Notes under the pieces: model-generated
What the model saw: only the letters and a program-made list of their open reading frames with translations
Databases searched by the model: none
What the model was told of the DNA's origin: nothing
From: a virus
Lineage: Duplodnaviria; Caudoviricetes
Strand: one strand, 5' to 3'
DNA length: 43,825 bases
IMG/VR virus record: IMGVR_UViG_3300037470_000389
Coordinates: 1-43,825 of that record
Made by a program: the position numbers and the translations under genes
In this document: positions 43,699 to 43,825 of the stretch, one piece after another
How positions within the stretch are numbered: the stretch's first letter is position 1
Layout: each line of letters starts with the position of its first letter

Positions 43699-43825
43699 CC
43701 CCTGTATCTGCGTCATCCGAGGCCACTCATGGAACAAACATGGGAAAGCCCATAGAGCGTATCGAGCAAGACTGGCAGATAACTTTAGCTGCCCTTGAAC
43801 GAAACGATTGGGACTGTGCTAAAGC
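43699..43825 (+). repeat. Terminal direct repeat, copy 2 (assembly overlap)
   Basis: Identical to 1-127. Confidence 0.9.

Noticed and set aside
43699-43825. 127-bp terminal repeat as a biological DTR
   Set aside because: Length equals a common assembly k-mer and it interrupts a CDS; best explained as circular overlap.

Overview
Apparently complete, circular genome (43,698 bp unique; the last 127 nt duplicate the first 127, most likely an assembly overlap) of a temperate P22-like podovirus. An alphaproteobacterial host is inferred from the GcrA homologue. It carries a tyrosine integrase with an attP matching the 3' half of tRNA-Val(CAC), a cI/cro switch, a leftward early operon of small genes, a rightward GcrA-RusA-MTase-rep-NusG block, terminase, P22-type portal/scaffold/coat/gp4/gp10/ejection genes, two collar-domain fibres, a glycosyltransferase-methyltransferase-glycosyltransferase cluster after the coat gene, and a GH19 endolysin. 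The most unusual part is 42.0-43.7 kb, continuing across the origin into 1-2080. One predicted promoter appears to drive a cargo of structured RNAs: a circularly permuted tmRNA-like tRNA-Ala mimic (G3:U70, ACCA) with no recognisable degradation tag, a kissing-loop element in its intervening sequence, and two or three tRNA-framed multi-hairpin RNAs with compensatory base changes. These are followed by a calcineurin-like phosphoesterase and an HExxH protein. All protein calls are from motif recognition by eye and all RNA folds from manual base-pairing; no database search or folding program was run.
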